From Bacilli bacterium (GTDB lineage Bacteria; Bacillota_I; Bacilli_A; ML615J-28; CAG-698): a stretch of 64,000 bases of DNA. Position 1 is the stretch's first letter, and the number at the start of each line of letters is the position of its first letter. Both the position numbers and the translations under genes were made by a program. A model generated the notes under the pieces. That model was not told the DNA's origin, did not search any database, and was given only the letters and a program-made list of their open reading frames with translations. The stretch covers positions 448,001-512,000 of the forward strand of contig JBMNLZ010000003.1 in the NCBI GenBank assembly GCA_050953065.1, in the 5' to 3' direction. Below are positions 11,959 through 21,795 of the stretch, in pieces.

Positions 11959-13448
11959 TTTTCCCTACTCCCGTACACATGAACATTAACACCTAAATCA
12001 ACTAAATACTTAAAGATAGTCTCTTCAAAAGTGCTTTCTTTAATTGCTTTATTAATAGAGATAATACTTTTATCTTTAAAAGTATTCATCGATACAGCAA
12101 CATTATTTAAAATTAGAGTTCCTAAAATGCAATCATATTTTTCAATATATTCTTCTAAACTTTTTCTAACTTTAATTATTCCTAAATTAGAAAAACATGT
12201 TGCATATGATCTTTCAACAGAAGGATAGATAAAAGGCATTACTAAACTTTTTAAAAACAAAGGAATGTATTTTAAATTACTAATCAATCGATTTGATTTA
12301 GTCATAATCTTATCTAATTCTTCTTTAGTATTTTTGATTTTTAATTGACTATCTACTTCTTTTAAAACTTCATCAAAATCATTAATCTCACTATGCTTTA
12401 TTCTAATCCCTGCTATCATTGAAAAATTTTTCAAAGTTTTAGTTGGATAATATTTACGCATATTAACTGGGACTTGAATTTGAATAGAACTATTTGGTTT
12501 AATTTTTTGTTTTTTAATACTTGCTTTAACTGCAAAAAACATCATTGCAATAATCATCACAGATACTGTTACACCACGTTCTTTACATTTTGTTTTTAAT
12601 TCATTACAGTCCATTTCAAAATTAATGATTTGACTAGGTTGCATTAAAGTTCTTTTCCCTTCAACTTGAAGCGAAGGCTTTTCAACAAAGTTTGCTTTTC
12701 CACTACTTCTATCAGTTTTTGGAAAATAGTTTTCAAATTCAGCTTCTTGAGGTTCTTCATGAATCTCAAAGAAACCATCCTCACTTGTAATCTCTTTACC
12801 CATTAATCTAAAATATTCACCAATTAAAGTTTCTAAGAAAATTAAAGCTCCACTCCCATCCGTTAAGATATGAAAGAATTCAACTGAAACTCTATTCTTA
12901 TAATATAGAACTCTAAATGATGCATGAATTCCATGGGCTATATCCATATAGCCACATGGCACTTTTTCTTCTTGTTCAACTTTAAATCTTCTTTTAATTC
13001 CATCAATATAATGCCAGAAAAATCCCCATCTAACTGCAGTAGCAAAATATGGGAATCTTTTAATAGTAAAGTTAAGTGCCATTTGAAGAACCTTTGGATT
13101 AACTCTTTCCTTTAAATACATTGATACCCTAAAAATACTCATCCACTTCATATTCATTGCTAATGGATATGCCTTAGCTGCATGATCTAGTGGATACCAA
13201 TCATTGATTCTTTTGTATTGGTAAAAAGTATCAAGTTTATCTAAACTAAGACGATTTATAATTTCTTCAATACTAACACCTTTATTTAGATAATAAAGGA
13301 TTATCTGTTCATAATCCTTCATCAATCCTTTTTTATAATATCTTGAAATTTTGATTTTTTTGGATACTTCTTTTAAAAAATCTAGTATTATCACATCATC
13401 ATCTTTAATCCAACGTTTCAAGATTTTTTTAAATTTTTTAGTTATCAT
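11955..13448 (-). CDS. Alcohol acetyltransferase / condensation-fold acyltransferase
   Basis: WYPLDHAAK, GFFWHY, HILTDG (HxxxDG), PVNMRKYYP, FSNLG. Confidence 0.8.
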   Translation of the reverse strand: MITKKFKKILKRWIKDDDVIILDFLKEVSKKIKISRYYKKGLMKDYEQIILYYLNKGVSIEEIINRLSLDKLDTFYQYKRINDWYPLDHAAKAYPLAMNMKWMSIFRVSMYLKERVNPKVLQMALNFTIKRFPYFATAVRWGFFWHYIDGIKRRFKVEQEEKVPCGYMDIAHGIHASFRVLYYKNRVSVEFFHILTDGSGALIFLETLIGEYFRLMGKEITSEDGFFEIHEEPQEAEFENYFPKTDRSSGKANFVEKPSLQVEGKRTLMQPSQIINFEMDCNELKTKCKERGVTVSVMIIAMMFFAVKASIKKQKIKPNSSIQIQVPVNMRKYYPTKTLKNFSMIAGIRIKHSEINDFDEVLKEVDSQLKIKNTKEELDKIMTKSNRLISNLKYIPLFLKSLVMPFIYPSVERSYATCFSNLGIIKVRKSLEEYIEKYDCILGTLILNNVAVSMNTFKDKSIISINKAIKESTFEETIFKYLVDLGVNVHVYGSREK

Positions 13449-13475
13449 TTTTGCCTCTAATTTAAAAATGTATTT

Positions 13476-14468
13476 TTATAACTTTTCCATTACTCTCTTA
13501 CTTATCTTTTCTCTTACTTCTAGGCTTGGAAATTTATTATTAGCAAGTTCAAAAGCCCAAATAATTGCTCCTGTTGCAGGTGGTACTGTTAAGACCTTAC
13601 AAATACAAGTTTTACCTGTTAAAGAATTAATCATTTTTTCAAAATGATTTTGCATAATCTTAGATTCTGCTTTCACCCAAACGCTACCAGCTAAGACTAC
13701 TTCAACTTCATCTTCAAAATCTAAATTACTAACACACCCACCAGCACTTCTTGCTAAAGCAAGACCTATTTCTTCTAAAATACTAATCGCTACTTTATCA
13801 CCTTTATCAGCTTCAATAAAAGCAGCTTTTGTTAAAACATTATAATTTACTTTATTAGTTAAGAAAACATCACTAATTTTTTCCATTAAATAATATTTAT
13901 CACTACATTCAAGTAAATCCATCACTATTTTAGTTAGACTTGTTGCTTCTCCAAAACGATATGCATAATCAAAAACTCTTCTTATTACCATTCTTGAGAT
14001 ATGTCTTCCACCAGCCTCATCCCCAACAATTGCTCCAATTCCACCAACTTGTAAAGTATTGCCTTTTGCATCAATTCCAGCGCTACTTGTCCCAGTCCCA
14101 TTAATTGAGCAAACTCCAACACCTTTAAGTGTCCCTGCTTTAATTCCTAAGAATGAATCATTAACTACAATAAACTTTTCAAACCCAAGTCTAGTAACAA
14201 CTTTTTCTAATTCTTTTTTTTGACGTGGAGTGTCAACTCCAGCCAATCCAAAAACAGCAGCTTTAATATCTTTTACTGTAATTTTATTTTTAGTAAATAG
14301 TTTTTCCAAATCACAATTTAAAACTCGATATGAACCTTCAAAACTATCAGGCAAACCTTCATGACTACAAGTACCACTTCTTAAGTGATCAACAAACTCT
14401 CCTTTTTCATTAAATAAAAAATAATCTGTTTTAGTGTTTCCACCATCTACACCTAAAATATATTTCAT
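13476..14468 (-). CDS. BadF/BadG/BcrA/BcrD-family sugar kinase (N-acetylglucosamine kinase-like)
   Basis: GVDGGNTKT, GLAGVD, ND, GTGT, GDEAGG motifs. Confidence 0.85.
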   Translation of the reverse strand: MKYILGVDGGNTKTDYFLFNEKGEFVDHLRSGTCSHEGLPDSFEGSYRVLNCDLEKLFTKNKITVKDIKAAVFGLAGVDTPRQKKELEKVVTRLGFEKFIVVNDSFLGIKAGTLKGVGVCSINGTGTSSAGIDAKGNTLQVGGIGAIVGDEAGGRHISRMVIRRVFDYAYRFGEATSLTKIVMDLLECSDKYYLMEKISDVFLTNKVNYNVLTKAAFIEADKGDKVAISILEEIGLALARSAGGCVSNLDFEDEVEVVLAGSVWVKAESKIMQNHFEKMINSLTGKTCICKVLTVPPATGAIIWAFELANNKFPSLEVREKISKRVMEKL

Positions 14469-15763
14469 TACTTCTTTTCCTTAAAAAATTGTGGTAAATA
14501 CGCTTTATGCGCTTCTTTTAATTCTTCAAAGCAAGGTTTTGCTAGCTTATAATCTCCAACTAATGGATTAATAAGTAAAGCTTTCATTGCTTCATCTTCA
14601 TCTCCAGTCAAAGCTGCTTTTACTGAATGTTTTTCATAAGCTTTAACCATTTTTGTATAAGCAATAATATGTTCATTATTGCATTTAACTTTTAGAGGAA
14701 TTGCTCCATCTTTTGTAATCTTAGCACATACTTCAACTGCATCATTATCATCCATAAAACTTAGAGCACCTTTATTTAAACAGTTTACTACTTGAACATC
14801 TCCTATATCATTATAAATTGAATTAACTAAGTTAATCGCAACTTCAGAATATCTAGCTCCACCTCTTTTGCTAAGTTCAGCTGGCTTTTCATGAAGTTCT
14901 TGACATTGATATTGTTTTAATAAGCCTTCTTCTAATTCCACACAAATCTCACCACGTGATTTTTCTGCTTCTTTTGCTTTTCTTAATTTTTCATCTTTAT
15001 AATAATAATATTCTAAATAAGGAGAAGGAATTGCTTTTACTGTTTTGATTAATTCAGCTGAAAATCCACTTGTTGGAATATTTTTCATCGATTCAGAGTT
15101 AACTCCTTCATTGACTGCTCTTTCTAGATAATCAATACCATTTGATTTGATTGATGTAATCCAACTCAAATGATTTAATCCAACAAACTCAGTTTCAATG
15201 TTTTGTAAGCCAAGTCGTTTTTCTAGGCTTCCAATCATATTAATTGGAACATTACATAAACCTAACATTTTAACATTAGTATTATTCAATATAGCTTCAG
15301 CTATCATTCCTGATGGATTTGAAAAGTTGATTAACCATGCATCAGGGCAAAGTGCTTCAATTCTTTTAGCAATATTCATCATTACAGGAATAGTTCTCAT
15401 TCCTTTAAAAAATCCACCAATACCATTTGTTTCTTGACCAATTAGATTATATTTTAAAGGTATCTTTTCATCTAGAATTCTAGCTGGAAGTTTTCCAACT
15501 CTAATTTGAACTAAAACAAAACTAGCATTTGTTAATGCTTCATCTAAAGACATTGTTAGAACTACCTTAGTATCTTGTTTTGTAGCTTCAATCATTCTTT
15601 GAGCAAGTCCCCCAACAATTGTTAATTTTCTTTCATCAATGTCCATTAAATATAATTCTTTAACTGGTAAAGAGCTATACTTATTAATTAACCCTTCAAT
15701 CAATTCAGGAGTATAGGTACTTCCTGCTCCAATAATCGCAATTTTTAAATTTTTCTTACTCAT
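14468..15763 (-). CDS. 6-phospho-beta-glucosidase, glycoside hydrolase family 4
   Basis: IGAGSTYTPELIEG, QIRVG, GQETNGIGG, NFSNP, GLCNVP, GLNHL. Confidence 0.93.
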   Translation of the reverse strand: MSKKNLKIAIIGAGSTYTPELIEGLINKYSSLPVKELYLMDIDERKLTIVGGLAQRMIEATKQDTKVVLTMSLDEALTNASFVLVQIRVGKLPARILDEKIPLKYNLIGQETNGIGGFFKGMRTIPVMMNIAKRIEALCPDAWLINFSNPSGMIAEAILNNTNVKMLGLCNVPINMIGSLEKRLGLQNIETEFVGLNHLSWITSIKSNGIDYLERAVNEGVNSESMKNIPTSGFSAELIKTVKAIPSPYLEYYYYKDEKLRKAKEAEKSRGEICVELEEGLLKQYQCQELHEKPAELSKRGGARYSEVAINLVNSIYNDIGDVQVVNCLNKGALSFMDDNDAVEVCAKITKDGAIPLKVKCNNEHIIAYTKMVKAYEKHSVKAALTGDEDEAMKALLINPLVGDYKLAKPCFEELKEAHKAYLPQFFKEKK

Positions 15764-15890
15764 TTTTTTAATACCTCCTAATATTTATATTCTACTTATT
15801 TAATTATACTATCTTTTATTTTTTTTTCAAGAAATAAGACAACTTTATATTTTAATTTGTGGTATAATGTTTAAAGGAGGAAAATCTATT

Positions 15891-17054
15891 ATGACAGAAA
15901 AAGAAATAAAATCTATAATTAACAATCTAGAAGTAGACTCTTTTGAAAGAGAATTACTAAATAAAAAATTTGAATTAATAAGTTCTATTATAAAAAATAA
16001 TCTAAGTCCTTTATTCACTTTAAAAGATCTTGAGTTAGGTGAAAATATAGTTAGAAAAACAAACAACTCAAAAGATTTAACAGTTGAAGCCTTAATAGTT
16101 TTTTCTTTTAAAGATAAAGATGTAAAAGATTTAATTAACCTATGTTTAAATGAAATCGAAAATATTATTTTCTTAAATAAAGAAAATCAATTATTTAAAA
16201 ACTATACAAGAGACTATATAAATGCTTGTGCTTCTTTTAGTGATGATAAAGTAAATTATAATTTGTTTATTAGATTTAAAGAAAGTAATTTATTTAATTA
16301 TGAAGTTGAATTAAAAAAACTAAACCTTTTTAACGAATACCAAAATAAATATAGTTTATTTTCTAACACAATTAAATTTATTAGACACTATCAAAAAGAA
16401 GAAAACATCTCTGTTCTAACATATGAATTATTAGAATTTTTATTAATGTATGGTTTAAAAGAATATAATACTGTAAATAAATATAATGATTACCTAAATT
16501 CATTTATTAAAGCATTAGATGATTTACTAAATAATCACACTCTATCTTTTACAGAAGAAAAAACTATTTCAAAAAGTTTTTATGCTTATTCTCCAATTAC
16601 AAACGAAAACATAGCATCTCACATCAATCCAATCAATGTTAAAGAATTAAGATCTTTTAGAAAAACACTTAACTTTTTAATTGAAGCAAATGATGAAGAT
16701 GAAATTATTAATGCTCCACTTTTAACAATTGATGTTACACCAATTTATAATGAAAAAACAGATTCATATAGTTGGAGTTTTGAATTTCAAAACTACAATA
16801 TTAAAAATAGTGGTGGTGCTCATAAGAACAATCCTATTGAAATTAAAACAGCCATCTTAAAAGGTTTATTTAAAGCCTTAAAACTTGTTACTGATAGCGC
16901 TAATATTCAAACTAAAAATATCACTATTAAAGGAGCTAGTAATAATATCTTAAAATGTTTAGAAAAAAATGCTGAAGAATATGAAAATAATTCAAGAAGA
17001 AAAACTATTACTTCTTTAATTGAAGCGAATAATTTAAAAGTTAATTTTATATAA
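15891..17054 (+). CDS. Hypothetical protein: degenerate nucleotidyltransferase (CD-NTase/OAS-like) fold plus RNase H-like C-terminal domain
   Basis: GGAGG RBS before ATG 15891; see findings for the motif correspondence. Confidence 0.55.
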   Translation: MTEKEIKSIINNLEVDSFERELLNKKFELISSIIKNNLSPLFTLKDLELGENIVRKTNNSKDLTVEALIVFSFKDKDVKDLINLCLNEIENIIFLNKENQLFKNYTRDYINACASFSDDKVNYNLFIRFKESNLFNYEVELKKLNLFNEYQNKYSLFSNTIKFIRHYQKEENISVLTYELLEFLLMYGLKEYNTVNKYNDYLNSFIKALDDLLNNHTLSFTEEKTISKSFYAYSPITNENIASHINPINVKELRSFRKTLNFLIEANDEDEIINAPLLTIDVTPIYNEKTDSYSWSFEFQNYNIKNSGGAHKNNPIEIKTAILKGLFKALKLVTDSANIQTKNITIKGASNNILKCLEKNAEEYENNSRRKTITSLIEANNLKVNFI

Positions 17055-17096
17055 TTTTTTTTTAAAAAAAGGGGAATTTAAAATTTCCCTTTTTAA

Positions 17097-18683
17097 CTAT
17101 CCAATTTCAATTTCTTTATGGATTTGATTACAATGCGGACAAATAAATTCAGCGTTTTGATTAATCTTAGTGATATTTCTAAAGTGTAGGGCTGAATCAA
17201 TTTGTTTTTTATAATAAACATCACTCATCTCTTTATAAGTAGACCTATATTGAATTTTCTTTTTAAAAGATTTTATATCTGTATAAAGATATATTTGATT
17301 TGTTACAGGACAAATGTTTTCTACTATTTGAGTCATACAGCGATTACATTGATAAATTTTGCGATACTTATCTTTATAAAGCTTTTCTCCACAAAAAGGA
17401 CAAACATCTCTTACAGCATCTGAATAAACCATTCCTCTTAAGATAATCTGTTGAATTCTTCTAAATGAATCAACCTCTTCAATACTAATAAATCCAAAAT
17501 CGCGTTTTAAATAATCATCTTCTAAAGGTGATATGATAATTACTTCATCAACACCTAAACTTGCTTTATATGCTTCTTTTGAACTAGCCACTTCAGTATT
17601 TGTTGTAAGTAGAATTTTATAATTTATATCTTTAAAGAAATTTAAAAATATTTCGTGTTTATCGTTTGCTGTAATATATAATTCCCAACTTTTAAAAATA
17701 GCTAAAATATTAAGAGCATTTATTTCAATTTTAGCTTTAGGTACTACTTGAAAATTAAAATGACCAACAGAAAAAATTGTTAAAACTTTTAAAAATGTAA
17801 AATAATTTTCCATTAATGTTTCATAATCAAGTGGTACTGCTTGATATTTAGCAAGTCTTTCATTACTTGTAATATATTTATATAATTTATAAACTTGAAG
17901 ATAATCTTTTTGTTTTAAAAATATATTAGTCTTTTTTAAAGTAACTTTAGTTTTTCTTTTTTTATTTTTTTGATAAACTGGTTTATTTAATTTAGAATTA
18001 ATAACCTTGCTCACTTGAGAAAGTTCAATTAATAATCTTTTTGAAATACTAATATATTGACCAAAATCTCTAATATATCCTGTATGTAGTTTTCCTAAAG
18101 CTAAAAAATAATTTACATGATTAACTTTATCAAGCAAACTATATTCAAGCAAGCTACTTGAATATAAAAGATTATTTAATATTTTTCTACTTCTATTAAC
18201 ATATGAAATAATCCAATCAATTAAATTACAAAATATTACATTCTCATAAATTCCATAATCATCTTCATAAATACGAGTTAATAATTTTGTAGGTTTAACT
18301 CCTCTTTCAGTAAAGTCTGAAACATATTGACTATGATTTGCAAGATGCAACAAAGTATTTTGATTGATAATCCTAACATTTTCAACTGGAAGCACATCAG
18401 AAGAATCTTTTAAAATAATAATTGGTTTATTAAAAATACGCTTTATTGAAGGTAGAGTTTTTTTGATCAATTGAATCATATTTTCTAATTCACTAAAATC
18501 AAGATTAGGTTCAACCGTAAATAATGTAATATCGCGCGCAATGCTATAATCAAATTCGATATATGACATACTTGGGTGTTTACCCATAAATGTTTGAATA
18601 TCTTGAAGTAATGAGGAAAAACGATAATATTCTTCATTACTTATTTTTTTGTTTCTTTTGATTATCATATTATTCGTTATCAA
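17097..18683 (-). CDS. DUF2357-domain McrC-like protein with C-terminal Cys-rich zinc ribbons
   Basis: DDYGIYENVIF, KKTNIFLKQKDYLQVYKLY; CPFC, CNRC, CPHC; overlaps the McrB-like gene. Confidence 0.7.
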   Translation of the reverse strand: MITNNMIIKRNKKISNEEYYRFSSLLQDIQTFMGKHPSMSYIEFDYSIARDITLFTVEPNLDFSELENMIQLIKKTLPSIKRIFNKPIIILKDSSDVLPVENVRIINQNTLLHLANHSQYVSDFTERGVKPTKLLTRIYEDDYGIYENVIFCNLIDWIISYVNRSRKILNNLLYSSSLLEYSLLDKVNHVNYFLALGKLHTGYIRDFGQYISISKRLLIELSQVSKVINSKLNKPVYQKNKKRKTKVTLKKTNIFLKQKDYLQVYKLYKYITSNERLAKYQAVPLDYETLMENYFTFLKVLTIFSVGHFNFQVVPKAKIEINALNILAIFKSWELYITANDKHEIFLNFFKDINYKILLTTNTEVASSKEAYKASLGVDEVIIISPLEDDYLKRDFGFISIEEVDSFRRIQQIILRGMVYSDAVRDVCPFCGEKLYKDKYRKIYQCNRCMTQIVENICPVTNQIYLYTDIKSFKKKIQYRSTYKEMSDVYYKKQIDSALHFRNITKINQNAEFICPHCNQIHKEIEIG

Positions 18684-21357
18684 GTCGCCTTATAAAATCT
18701 GCGCATCGATATAATTTTAATTTTTCAAATTCTATTTGAAGTCCTTCTCTATCATCTATAGTTTTAAATTCTAATTTAGCAACAACTTTACTTAAAAGAA
18801 TTTTTTCAATTGCTTCATTCTCAACATTTTCTTGAGGAAAACAAGCTTTATAAATATTAACAAAATCTTCAATTTGTTTTAAAACACGGTTCCCAAAAGA
18901 AATATTATAAGGTGCAAGTAACATTTCAATATTTTGAATAAGTTCATTACTTTCAGCATCAAAAACACCATTCATTTTAGCAACTTCTAATAAATTATTA
19001 ATTGTTTCATAATCATAGAATTCTTGAGGAATCGGCTTTGTATAATTACGCACCTTTGATGCACGCCTTATGAAATTCATAGTTTGAGCTCTATCATATA
19101 CTTTATCAGAAATCGCAAACGTTGTTTCATCTAGGTTAGCAGTCCCTACAAACCAAACGTTTGGTGATACTTTTAAAGTATGTCCATCTTCTAAGGCTTT
19201 ATATTCAATTTCTTTTCCATTTTCTCTTCTTGATAATTTAACATTACTAAATTTTAATTTTCTTTCATTTTCTTCATGTTCCATTAATGAAATAAAATCA
19301 GAGAAATAATATTCAATTCGAGAAAGGTTTATTTCATCAAGTAAAATGAAAGTAAAAATTTCAGGATTTAAGGCAGCTTTATATAAAGCAAGAGTAAATT
19401 TCTTAGGAGTATATTTCATTGAGAATTCATTATAATAACCTAATAATTCATTTTTATCTTTCCAAGAAGATTCAACCTCAACAATATCACAATTAGCAAA
19501 AATCGCTTCAGCAAAGATTTTTGGTAAACTAGTCTTACCAGTCCCAGACATCCCTTGAAGAATTGATAATTTACTAGCACCAAGTCCTGCCACAAACGTT
19601 GCAATATCTTCTCTTGTGTAAGATAAATGAAGGCGAGAGTTTCTAGCATATTCAATAATAAAATAAACTAGTCCACCTAAAGTTGCATTCTTTGTTTTAT
19701 AAGTTTGGCGCATCTCTAAATCGCTTTGGAAATATGGTATTTTTTTATCAAGTTCAGTAAAGGCAACACATGGATCAAAATTTACTAAACCTTGATCATC
19801 CATTTGAAGAGTTGAAGTAGAACTTCCACCACCTAAATCAGCTAATGTTTCTAAGTTATCTGTTACTAAACTTAATTGGTCTCTATCAAATGCTTTTCTT
19901 AAAAACATAACAACGATAATTACAGTTGCAGCAATAAGTAAATATATCGCATCTGTTCTAATAAAATATTCAAAATCAGAAACATATGAAGGTACAGGAA
20001 CTTCATAATAAGCAAAAATATCTAATACTACTGCTTTATCAATTTGATGTCCAACTTGAAAATATAAACCAGAAACGCTTAACATAAAAACAAAGAAAAG
20101 ATTTAAGGCTGATACAGTTTTAACAATGCGATCAAAATAACGATATTTTGCAAAATAACTTGATATAACAATTACTAATCCAACACTTGATGCAATCAAC
20201 ATCACTATTAGAATAAAAGCAATAAAACGATATCCTGCTTCTAATTTTGCATAGTCTTGTAAAATATTTAATCCAGTCATCGTAACAAAATCACTATATT
20301 CACCTGATGAAAGTTGGATTTTAATAATATTTAAAAATAGTGTTAATCCAGTAATGATTGTTAAAAGAATAACATATATTAAAGGCTCAACTTTAAAGAA
20401 CTTATCTTTTTCTTCATTTTCATCTGGTACATCATAAACACGATACTGTCCAATATTAATAGATAATACTATTGATAATATTCCCATTAATATTGGTGGA
20501 ATATAAGCTTTAGTAGAAGTAATATCACCAATTAAAGTATGGAAGACACTTAAACCTAAACCTGTAATAAAAAATACTAAAACAATTATAAAAACAATTG
20601 TAATAAGTTCTTTTGATTTTTTTATAAAGCTTGCTCTATTATAAAAATATAGAGAAATACAATTATAAAAATTAAATAATGTAACTAATGTTAAAACTAA
20701 ATTAACAAAGAAACTAATAATAACTCCAATATTAGCTTCTTCAGCTAATATCACATTTATCATAATCATCGAATATGTATCTTCCCCAATTTTAATTGAA
20801 TATAGAGGAATTAAAAATAACGAGATTAAAATCATCATTGCGATAATATCTATAATTAAAACTGTAAATGGAATTCTAGTAAGGAAAACTTTTTTATCTA
20901 ATTCTTTAGTTTTTGAAGTATCATCTTCACCAAATATTTTTTCTTTATAAGCATATAAAAAGCCCATTCCAACAGCAATTACAAAACTAAATAAAATTAA
21001 AAATATTTGAAAACCAGTCATACACTTATAAATTATTTGAAATACAAGAAATAAAGTTTGAAATATAACAGTATAAACAATCCCTGAAATTAATGCTTTA
21101 TTTTTTTGTTTTATAAGTAGACTTACTCCCGCATATGCAATTAAGATAAGCGAAACAAAAAACATCAGCTTCAATAAAAACGCAAAAATATTAAGTGTTT
21201 CATCTGATGGGACTTGTTTAGAGAAAGCCCAAATACTTTCATCAAATGGACTGGCAAGTGAAATTGTTAAAAGTAAAATATTGAAAAGGCAAACCAAGAC
21301 CATTAAACCTATTATTATAACTGGTATGCTCCATTGTTTTTTAAAAAAATCTTTCAT
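18670..21357 (-). CDS. Polytopic membrane protein fused to McrB-like AAA+ NTPase
   Basis: About 12 TM helices, then GMSGTGKT, LLDEINLSRIEYYFSDF, GTANLDETT, DKVYDRA. Confidence 0.85.
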   Translation of the reverse strand: MKDFFKKQWSIPVIIIGLMVLVCLFNILLLTISLASPFDESIWAFSKQVPSDETLNIFAFLLKLMFFVSLILIAYAGVSLLIKQKNKALISGIVYTVIFQTLFLVFQIIYKCMTGFQIFLILFSFVIAVGMGFLYAYKEKIFGEDDTSKTKELDKKVFLTRIPFTVLIIDIIAMMILISLFLIPLYSIKIGEDTYSMIMINVILAEEANIGVIISFFVNLVLTLVTLFNFYNCISLYFYNRASFIKKSKELITIVFIIVLVFFITGLGLSVFHTLIGDITSTKAYIPPILMGILSIVLSINIGQYRVYDVPDENEEKDKFFKVEPLIYVILLTIITGLTLFLNIIKIQLSSGEYSDFVTMTGLNILQDYAKLEAGYRFIAFILIVMLIASSVGLVIVISSYFAKYRYFDRIVKTVSALNLFFVFMLSVSGLYFQVGHQIDKAVVLDIFAYYEVPVPSYVSDFEYFIRTDAIYLLIAATVIIVVMFLRKAFDRDQLSLVTDNLETLADLGGGSSTSTLQMDDQGLVNFDPCVAFTELDKKIPYFQSDLEMRQTYKTKNATLGGLVYFIIEYARNSRLHLSYTREDIATFVAGLGASKLSILQGMSGTGKTSLPKIFAEAIFANCDIVEVESSWKDKNELLGYYNEFSMKYTPKKFTLALYKAALNPEIFTFILLDEINLSRIEYYFSDFISLMEHEENERKLKFSNVKLSRRENGKEIEYKALEDGHTLKVSPNVWFVGTANLDETTFAISDKVYDRAQTMNFIRRASKVRNYTKPIPQEFYDYETINNLLEVAKMNGVFDAESNELIQNIEMLLAPYNISFGNRVLKQIEDFVNIYKACFPQENVENEAIEKILLSKVVAKLEFKTIDDREGLQIEFEKLKLYRCADFIRRLDNE

Positions 21358-21420
21358 ACTTCTTTCCTTTCCTGTTATAAAAAATTTATAACTATTAATA
21401 AAAGTATTTTTAAGAGTTTA

Positions 21421-21492
21421 AAAAAGGATTTCCTATTTATTCATATTTTTAGCTTTTGCTATAATTTTTTTTAAAATGAGGAAATCCTTTTT
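21421..21492 (-). terminator. Long hairpin/terminator between yabO and the McrB-like operon
   Basis: Perfect 14-bp IR AAAAAGGATTTCCT / AGGAAATCCTTTTT. Confidence 0.55.
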
Positions 21493-21534
21493 AATATAAT
21501 CTTTAATTAACTATAGAAAAAATAAATCAAAAAA

Positions 21535-21795
21535 CTAATTTTCTTCTTCTTTTATTTCTATAATTTCATACATTGAAGTAGCATCAGCTGCTTTTGTATT
21601 TGGATTTAAATCTTTAACTTTAATAGTTAAAATTTTTTTATAATAATAAATACTAATTATATCACCAATTTTTAATCTTAAAGATGGTTTAGCAATTTTA
21701 GAGTTAACAGCAATTCTTTCATTAACACTAGAATCGTGTGCTACTTTTCTTCTTTTTATAATTCTAGATACTTTTAAATATTTATCAAGTCTCAT
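21535..21795 (-). CDS. yabO: S4-domain RNA-binding protein (YabO/RqcP/Hsp15-like)
   Basis: [16 protein letters not shown]...AKPS..LKIGD. Confidence 0.9.
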   Translation of the reverse strand: MRLDKYLKVSRIIKRRKVAHDSSVNERIAVNSKIAKPSLRLKIGDIISIYYYKKILTIKVKDLNPNTKAADATSMYEIIEIKEEEN

